DNA of 64,000 bases from Clostridia bacterium (GTDB lineage: Bacteria > Bacillota > Clostridia > Christensenellales > UBA1242), in the NCBI GenBank assembly GCA_045534265.1, contig JAZSJH010000002.1, positions 24,473 through 88,472 of the forward strand, in the 5' to 3' direction. The position numbers and the translations under genes are program-made. Below the pieces are notes generated by a model. It searched no databases and was not told where the DNA came from. It saw only the letters and a program-made list of their open reading frames with translations. This document shows, one piece after another, positions 57,547-64,000 of this stretch (position 1 is the first letter of the stretch; each line of letters begins with the position of its first letter).

Positions 57547-58281
57547 TTAAAACTCTATATCTGAATCTTCAATTTCTTGTTTGTGCACAATATAGTTTCT
57601 AAATCTTTTATCATTCATTAAATCGTTGATCATATTTTCTTGGTTGTGCATTTTTTCTTTAATTATAGTATTTTCTTGCATCATATTTTCTTTCATTCTT
57701 TCAAGTCTAAATAATTGTCTTTTTAACATTTCTGTCTCTCGGGTTTTTTCTCTTAAATCTTTCAAGAGCGCAGTTCTTTGTTCTTCCGACTTTTCTTTTG
57801 CAATTTTTGATTCTAAATCCTCTTGTTCTTTTTCTCCTTTTTCAATTTTTTCTTTGACTTCTTTTTTATTATGGTCAAACTTTTCTAAGTTGGAGTTAAT
57901 GTTAGCAAGTTTTTCACCAAAACTTGCTTCAATTTTACCTAGGGTTACAGATACTTCTTTCATAATTTCATAAGAACGCATATAATAAGCGGAGCTTGAT
58001 TTTTCAGATTGAATATAGAACATTATAGATAATGCAATAGAGAAAAACGATAATAACACTGCTAGTAGAGTTTCCATTGTAAAACTCTGTTTATACATCA
58101 TATAGCAACAAAAAGCTAAAAAACCGACAGATGCCAATCCAACAAAAATATAAGTGATTACTTTCCAAGCAGGTGTCTTTTTCTGTTTTATTTTTTCTAA
58201 CTCTAATTGCTTGTCAAACAATTCTTTTAAAATTTCTATTTTGTCTTTTTGCTCTTTTGATTCAGTTTTCTTGTCGTCCAT
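57547..58281 (-). CDS. Hypothetical 2-TM + coiled-coil protein
   Basis: Two N-proximal hydrophobic helices followed by a long E/K-rich heptad region. RBS AAGGAG. Confidence 0.7.
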   Translation of the reverse strand: MDDKKTESKEQKDKIEILKELFDKQLELEKIKQKKTPAWKVITYIFVGLASVGFLAFCCYMMYKQSFTMETLLAVLLSFFSIALSIMFYIQSEKSSSAYYMRSYEIMKEVSVTLGKIEASFGEKLANINSNLEKFDHNKKEVKEKIEKGEKEQEDLESKIAKEKSEEQRTALLKDLREKTRETEMLKRQLFRLERMKENMMQENTIIKEKMHNQENMINDLMNDKRFRNYIVHKQEIEDSDIEF

Positions 58282-58381
58282 ATTTTCTCCTTGGTAAATT
58301 TATAAGTAAAAAGCCACGATTAACTCGTGACTTTTTAGACAGTCCAATTAAATATTTAACTATTTTTAATGACTGCTCATG

Positions 58382-58469
58382 TGGCGGAGGCTTAGGGATT
58401 CGAACCCCAGGATGCTCTCACATCAACGGTTTTCAAGACCGCCGCTTTCGACCGCTCAGCCAAACCTCC
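58382..58469 (-). tRNA. tRNA-Ser(UGA)
   Basis: GGAGGTT acceptor pairing with AGCCTCC-G-CCA, anticodon arm GCGGT-CTTGAAA-ACCGT, long variable arm and GGTTCGAATCC T-loop. Upstream TTGCAT-16 bp-TATAAT and a downstream terminator. Confidence 0.96.
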
Positions 58470-58786
58470 ATACGCCATATTTAGTTATTTTGCTTTTTCA
58501 AGCATAACTAATTATACATATTTTTTGAGATAATGCAAGTGTTTTTTAGAAAAAATATAAAAAATTTAGTTGTATATATAAAAAGCTTTGTTTGTTTATA
58601 GCTTTTTTGCATGCTTAAGTGATTTTAGTTTGTTTTTTTGTATAAGTTTTTTATTGTTGGGAGAGGGGTGTTTGTCAAATTTGCAACACTCTTACGTTTT
58701 TTGTTGTAAATATGATGATTAATATCTTAAAATGTTTTTGAGAAGAGCATAAAATGTGTTAAAATACTTACACTGAGGAGTTGTTG

Positions 58787-59527
58787 ATGGCAAAAAGAAA
58801 AACTAAAGGTAGAAAGGCGTGGTTTAGGGGCTTAAAAGCGTTTTTAAGGCTTTTTATTCGAAAACCTGAGTATTTATTGCTCGGTGATGAATTTGTTGAT
58901 AGAAGCGTGATTTTGAGCAATCACGTGGGGTCTTTGGGCCCACTAACTCACGAGCTTTATTTTCCAAAACGTTTTAGGTTTTGGGGTACTTATGAAATGA
59001 ACTCTGGGCTTAAGTCTGTGTACATATATTTATCTCAAATATATTTTTATCAAAAGAAACACAAAAGCAAATCAATGTCTAAATTTTTGGGGTTTATTGT
59101 TGCTCCGTTTGCGAATATGTTTTATAAGGGGCTAGAGTTGATTTCAACATATAGAGATCATAGATTGAGAAAGACTTTAGATGAAAGCATAAAAACTTTG
59201 CAAGATAATCAGAGCTTAATAATTTTTCCAGAAAATAGTTCTGATGGATATCATGACAAATTAAAAGAGTGTTTTGCTGGATTTGTTGTTTTGGGTAAAG
59301 TATGTCTAAAGCAAGGAATTGATTTGCCGGTATATACAAGCTATTTTCGTAAAAAAGAGAAGGTTGTTGTTGTAGACAAGCCAATAATGATGTCAAAGCT
59401 TTTGGGCTCGGGACTAGATAAGAAACAAATTGCAGAAAATATACGCACCAGAATGAACGAACTAGGCAATATGGATATAACTGGTCTTGTGAAAAAGGGA
59501 AATAAGAAAAATAAAAAAACATTATGA
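58787..59527 (+). CDS. PlsC-like acyltransferase-fold protein
   Basis: ILSNH block I, IIFPE block III, GF..L and LPVY. The Asp of HX4D is replaced by Gly. Confidence 0.6.
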   Translation: MAKRKTKGRKAWFRGLKAFLRLFIRKPEYLLLGDEFVDRSVILSNHVGSLGPLTHELYFPKRFRFWGTYEMNSGLKSVYIYLSQIYFYQKKHKSKSMSKFLGFIVAPFANMFYKGLELISTYRDHRLRKTLDESIKTLQDNQSLIIFPENSSDGYHDKLKECFAGFVVLGKVCLKQGIDLPVYTSYFRKKEKVVVVDKPIMMSKLLGSGLDKKQIAENIRTRMNELGNMDITGLVKKGNKKNKKTL

Positions 59528-59548
59528 AAAGTCATAATGTTTTTTTTG

Positions 59549-60163
59549 TTATTTGATTATTTTTTTGTTCCAAGATATTTTTTTGCAATGTGGACATTTC
59601 ATAAATCGTGTTCTGTTAATATGCATAGCCAGATAAACTTGGGTATATGTTGGAATATATTTGTGATTGCATTTTGGGCAAAGGTAATAACCGGCTTTTT
59701 GCTCAATAAACAAGCCAAAGGACATTGCTGTTATGTACATAATAACATCTAAAATGATTGCGATAATAGGGAGAGTGTAGATGTGTAGTGTTTCAATTGC
59801 ATAAACAGCACCCAAAAGAATTATGATAAACGAAATTGTTGATATTATTGCCAAAATGATTTCTGTTACAAGAAGGCGTCTGTCGCTATCTTGTTTTTCT
59901 TGTCTAAGTTTTAACAACTGCTGTTCGGCTTTTTCCGAATAACTATCTGTCGTTATTCTTTCGCCATTTAGGAGTTCGTTAATGCTTATGTCAAAAATCT
60001 CGCTTAATTTTTGTAAAGAATTAGCGTCGGGAATTCCTTTGCCCGTTTCCCATTTGGAAATAGTTTTTTCGCTAACAAAAAGTTTTTCGGAAAGTTTTGC
60101 TTGGGTGAGCTTTTTTGCCTTGCGCTCGCTTATAATTAATTCCCCAATTTTGTTATAATCCAT
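59549..60163 (-). CDS. XRE-family HTH regulator with 2 TM helices and a C-terminal zinc ribbon
   Basis: LTQAKLSEKLFVSEKTISKWETGKGIPD and CPKC...CPHC. Confidence 0.85.
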   Translation of the reverse strand: MDYNKIGELIISERKAKKLTQAKLSEKLFVSEKTISKWETGKGIPDANSLQKLSEIFDISINELLNGERITTDSYSEKAEQQLLKLRQEKQDSDRRLLVTEIILAIISTISFIIILLGAVYAIETLHIYTLPIIAIILDVIMYITAMSFGLFIEQKAGYYLCPKCNHKYIPTYTQVYLAMHINRTRFMKCPHCKKISWNKKIIK

Positions 60164-60358
60164 AAAGGCTCCTTTTTATTTATGTATTAAGTATATCATA
60201 AAAAGTTTGTAAAAAAATTAAAAAGATATAAATAAACTCTACAAAAGTTCGGTTTTTTGGAGTGGGTTATATTTTGCTTGTAGAATAATTGATTATAACC
60301 TTTGCTATTTTCAAATTATTTGTGTTATAATCTAATATCTAATTAAAAGGAAATACAA

Positions 60359-61588
60359 ATGAGTAAAGCGGCACTTAGTTTTTTAGAAAAGCAAAGTTCT
60401 CTTGCGGACAAAAACAAAATAGAAAAAAGATATTTACAAGTAATTAGCATGCTGGTACAAATTATATTTGTATTCTTTAGCGTGTTTTTTAGTGTTTATG
60501 TGTACGAAATGTCAAAAGAAATTAACTTTGTTTTGATATACACAGTATTTAGTGTTGTAATGAGCATGTTAATTGAGCTTGTTGTGTACAGATTTGCTAA
60601 CGATAAAGTGCTTAGAATATTGTTTAAGCTTAGTTTTTTATTGAGTTTGATTTCTATATTACTTACTTTTACTATAAGTCCAAATACACTTTATATGGTA
60701 TTTGTAACGCAGTTTTTTTATGCTATGGCTACAAACTTTTATTATATGCCAAACGAAATAGCAACCTTAGATAAGAATTCAAAAAGCCAGATGCGCAAGT
60801 TTATCGGGGTAAACTCAATATTGTCTTTATTTGCAAAGGTTTTGAGTCCTTTCCTTTCTGGGTTTATTATTGACTATGTGTCTTACTATGTATTGTTTGG
60901 CATTATATCTGTTGTGGCGGCGGCTTGCTTTGTTTTATCATTTAAGGTAAAACGCCTTTGCGAAGTGGATTCAAAGATTAACTATAAGGTGTTTTTCAAA
61001 GATGTTCATAGCTACAAAGGTATAAGGCTGGGATATCTAGGGTATGGTATATACAAATTTTCTCAAGATGGGGTAATAGATGTATTATTGCCTGTACTCA
61101 TCTTTATGCGTACGGGTGGGAATTTTTCTGTAGGTATATATGCAGCTCTTGCGACATTGATTGCTGGAATTATACTTATTATTTACTTGTACCTATGTAA
61201 AAATAAAGCAGTCGCATTGTATATAGCTACGGGATTTTTGGTGGTTGCGTCTATTTTGATTATTGCGGTTAACTCTTTGGTGGTATTCTTTATATATTAT
61301 TTTGTTAAGAAGATTTCATTTGAGATTTTGCGTAATGGTATATTTGAAAACTTGTTTAATCTTCCAAAAGGTACCGCAATGGAAAAATATAAAATTGAAC
61401 AACACCTTACATTTTCTTTTTACAATAGAGGTTTTGTAGCTCTTGCGTATGTTGTGTCTTTGATTATTTATAATTTTATAAAAAGCGACATAGCTATATC
61501 CCTTATCTTAGCGATACTATCTATTAGCCAAATTGCATCAACAATACTTATTGTCAAAAGCGATAAGTTGCGTGACCAAAATATGTAA
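60359..61588 (+). CDS. MFS transporter
   Basis: About 12 TM segments in two halves. SPFLSGFII. Confidence 0.78.
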   Translation: MSKAALSFLEKQSSLADKNKIEKRYLQVISMLVQIIFVFFSVFFSVYVYEMSKEINFVLIYTVFSVVMSMLIELVVYRFANDKVLRILFKLSFLLSLISILLTFTISPNTLYMVFVTQFFYAMATNFYYMPNEIATLDKNSKSQMRKFIGVNSILSLFAKVLSPFLSGFIIDYVSYYVLFGIISVVAAACFVLSFKVKRLCEVDSKINYKVFFKDVHSYKGIRLGYLGYGIYKFSQDGVIDVLLPVLIFMRTGGNFSVGIYAALATLIAGIILIIYLYLCKNKAVALYIATGFLVVASILIIAVNSLVVFFIYYFVKKISFEILRNGIFENLFNLPKGTAMEKYKIEQHLTFSFYNRGFVALAYVVSLIIYNFIKSDIAISLILAILSISQIASTILIVKSDKLRDQNM

Positions 61589-61711
61589 AAACAATATTGA
61601 ATTTTTAACGAAATATTTTGACTTTATTAGAGTAACAAAAAAAGAAGTAGTTAGATAATTACTTCTTTTTTTTATTTTTGAAAAAAAATATTTATTTTTC
61701 AAAAAAAGGGG

Positions 61712-61740
61712 TTGACTTATGGCTTTTTTGGCTTTATATT
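61712..61740 (+). promoter_or_regulatory. sigma-A promoter of mgtE
   Basis: TTGACT-17 bp-TATATT. Confidence 0.6.
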
Positions 61741-61804
61741 GAATTTAGATAGAAATGACTAAAAAGCATTTCTTATTTTATTTTTATCAAAGGGGGTATA
61801 GATT

Positions 61805-63169
61805 ATGTATAAAGAACTACTAGAAAAAATTGAAGAAAACAAAATCAAACTTGTAAAAGAAGAATTAGTAGAAATGCTTGTTCCTGACATTGCAAATCTA
61901 CTAGAGCAAATCGAATCCCCGAAAAATCTTGTTAAGGTATTTAAGATACTTCCAAAGGATATGGGAGCAGAAGTATTTACCTATATCGATAGCGATATAC
62001 AAGAAAAGCTAGTTCTTGCACTTAGCGACAAAGAACTAGGATATATTATGGAAGAAATGCCAATTGATGATGCGGTTGACTTCGTTGAAGAGATGCCTGC
62101 AAACATTGTAGAAAGAGCGCTTAAAATATCAACCAAAGAAACAAGAAAACAAATCAATCAATATTTGGGCTATAAAGAAGACACTGCAGGGTCTATTATG
62201 ACTCCTGAGTTTATTGACCTTCAAGAAGGCAAAAAGGTAGACAGTTGCCTAAAAAGAATAAGAAGACTAGGCAAAGACGTAGAAACAATCAACGTGCTAT
62301 ATGTTACAGATTCTGCAAGAGTTTTGAAAGGCGTTTTGTCTATTAGAGATTTGTTGCTTGCAGATGGCGAAACTACCGTTGGCGAGATTATGAACGAAAA
62401 TGTTGTATTTGCCGAAACTACAACCGACCAAGAAGAGATTTCAAGACTATTTAGAGAATATGACTTTTTGGCAATGCCAATAGTTGACAAAGAAAAACGC
62501 CTTGTAGGTATTGTAACAATTGACGATATTATTGACGTTATCGAAGAAGAGTCAACCGAAGATATCTCTATCATGGCGGCAACAACACCAAATGAAAAAC
62601 CATATCTTAAAACTAGCTTTTTTAGATTGTGGCTAAACAGAGCACCTTGGCTTATGCTACTTATGATATCTGCAACATTTACAGGTCTTATCATTAGCAA
62701 AAACGAAGCACTTTTGAGCGGTGGCTTTTATGGAATACTTCTTACTGCGTGTATTCCTATGATTATGGGGACTGGCGGTAATGCCGGCGGTCAATCGTCT
62801 GCTACTATCATTAGAGGTATTGCCCTTAATGAAATAGAGTTTAAGGATTTATTTAAGGTAATGCTAAAAGAAATGCTTGTTGGCATTCTTCTAGGGCTTA
62901 CAATATCTATTGCTTGTTTTGGAAAAATCATTTTGATTGATGGAATGTTGTTCAAAACACCAGGCGTTGATGTTTCATCTGCACTTATCATATCTCTTGC
63001 TATGTTTGTAACAATTGTTATGGCAAAGATAATTGGTTGCACACTTCCTATCATTGCAAAAAAATGTAAACTAGACCCAGCCGTTATGGCAAGTCCATTT
63101 ATCACAACTATACTAGATACATTGTCACTTCTTGTATATTGTGGACTATCAATTGCATTTTTACTATAA
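61805..63169 (+). CDS. mgtE: Magnesium transporter MgtE
   Basis: MgtE N domain, CBS pair (TAGSIMTPEF), GTGGNAGGQ and DPAVMASPFITTILD. Confidence 0.96.
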   Translation: MYKELLEKIEENKIKLVKEELVEMLVPDIANLLEQIESPKNLVKVFKILPKDMGAEVFTYIDSDIQEKLVLALSDKELGYIMEEMPIDDAVDFVEEMPANIVERALKISTKETRKQINQYLGYKEDTAGSIMTPEFIDLQEGKKVDSCLKRIRRLGKDVETINVLYVTDSARVLKGVLSIRDLLLADGETTVGEIMNENVVFAETTTDQEEISRLFREYDFLAMPIVDKEKRLVGIVTIDDIIDVIEEESTEDISIMAATTPNEKPYLKTSFFRLWLNRAPWLMLLMISATFTGLIISKNEALLSGGFYGILLTACIPMIMGTGGNAGGQSSATIIRGIALNEIEFKDLFKVMLKEMLVGILLGLTISIACFGKIILIDGMLFKTPGVDVSSALIISLAMFVTIVMAKIIGCTLPIIAKKCKLDPAVMASPFITTILDTLSLLVYCGLSIAFLL

Positions 63170-63284
63170 ATAAAACAAGGTACTACTATGTAGTATCTTT
63201 TTTTTATAAAATATTTTTGACAAAATGCGTTAAAAGTTTTCTTTTATTTTTTTACTATGCTATACTATCGCCGAGGTGTAAATT

Positions 63285-64000
63285 ATGAAAGATGCACAAG
63301 AGAAAAAATCCATTAAGGGTTATAAAAACACTTTACATTATTTAAGTTATTTCAAAAAATACAAATGGCTTTGCATAGGCTTTTGGTTTTTGCTAGCTTG
63401 CACTGGTGTAGTTAGCTTTTTCTCACCACTTGCCCTTGGTAAAGTTATTTCGCATATGACAGTAACGCAAAACTTTAAGGCTGCGATTGATTATGCTTTA
63501 ATTTTTGCAGGGCTGGAATTTTTAGCTTTGGGTATAGCGCTACTTAGAGTTCCATTTTTCAAAAAACTAGAAAACTATGTAAAAAGAGATGTTAAGCTAA
63601 CTATTATAAGAGATAGTTTTAACATCAATATTGGCGAGTTTGAAAAGTTGGGTAACGGTACGTTTATCACAAGACTTACAACAGATCTTGATTCACTAGC
63701 ACTATCGTTCAAAAACATAAGTGAAACAATAGTTAACTTTGTATCAAAGATTGGCTTTATTGCTTTTGTATTTGTGGTTAATGTTTGGCTTGGTCTTTTC
63801 CTTGTAGGATTTATAGTTCTTAGATATTTGATTTATCAAATAAGAATGTTCTATTTTACTCGTATGAAACCGGGAGTTCTAAAAAGGGTAGAAGATATCA
63901 ATTCTATGGTAGGCGAAAGCATCAGGGGTATCAAAGATATCAAAACTTTGGGGCTTAGTGATAATATCCTAGATAGAATACATGTACTTCAAACAGGATA
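63285..64000 (+). CDS. ABC exporter, N-terminal TMD (partial; paralogue of 12839..14722)
   Basis: Manual translation MKDAQEKKSIKGYK...GTFITRLTTD...GESIRGIKDIKTL, open to the window edge. RBS GAGGTG. Confidence 0.85.
   Translation, partial: MKDAQEKKSIKGYKNTLHYLSYFKKYKWLCIGFWFLLACTGVVSFFSPLALGKVISHMTVTQNFKAAIDYALIFAGLEFLALGIALLRVPFFKKLENYVKRDVKLTIIRDSFNINIGEFEKLGNGTFITRLTTDLDSLALSFKNISETIVNFVSKIGFIAFVFVVNVWLGLFLVGFIVLRYLIYQIRMFYFTRMKPGVLKRVEDINSMVGESIRGIKDIKTLGLSDNILDRIHVLQTG

Larger units (their letters stand above)
49518..58406. mobile_element. Defence island at the 3' end of tRNA-Ser, bounded by a degenerate tRNA 3' repeat
   Basis: GGAGAGTTAGGGACTCGAACC (49518-49538) matches tRNA GGAGGCTTAGGGATTCGAACC (58386-58406) at 18/21 positions in direct orientation. 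Visibly AT-richer, with defence gene content. Confidence 0.65.

Noticed and set aside
58173-58484. 103-aa plus-strand ORF
   Set aside because: It overlaps tRNA-Ser on the opposite strand, so it is spurious.
61590-61804. M-box (ykoK) riboswitch upstream of mgtE
   Set aside because: The predicted promoter leaves only a ~60-nt leader with one small hairpin, too short and lacking M-box motifs.
1-64000. Numerous short antisense ORFs (60-160 aa) nested in long genes, and A/T homopolymer tracts as slippage switches
   Set aside because: The nested ORFs lack RBSs and motifs and lie opposite well-supported genes. A/T runs are ubiquitous in this AT-rich DNA (mostly terminator tails), and I noticed no frameshifted gene.

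Overview
Chromosomal window from a low-GC Bacillota (Clostridia-like) bacterium using the standard genetic code. The lineage is inferred from gene content, AGGAG-type RBSs and TGnTATAAT promoters. About 1-49 kb and 58.7-64 kb hold housekeeping and accessory genes: pyk (partial), M18 aminopeptidase, nrdDG with NrdR/DnaA boxes, a glycerol/lysolipid cluster (lipase, glpK, G3P dehydrogenase trio), several large surface proteins, a TetR-linked tandem ABC locus, cls, mgtE and others. The notable region is an AT-rich defence island of about 9 kb (about 49.5-58.4 kb) at the 3' end of tRNA-Ser(UGA). It carries a PARIS-like AAA-ATPase/DUF4435 pair, a SLATT + CD-NTase(AGS-C) CBASS-like pair, a small serine recombinase, an EcoRI-family adenine methyltransferase with a DUF262-HNH nuclease, and two unknown ORFs. 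The strongest candidate for a new system lies between the recombinase and the methyltransferase. Two inversely oriented, hix-like 24-bp palindromic sites (perfect 15-bp inverted repeat; GT and AC cores 157 bp apart) flank an extended -10 promoter, and a terminator sits on the side it would face when flipped. This looks like an invertible ON/OFF promoter switch for the methylase-nuclease operon. All family assignments come from motifs read by eye; no database searches were run.
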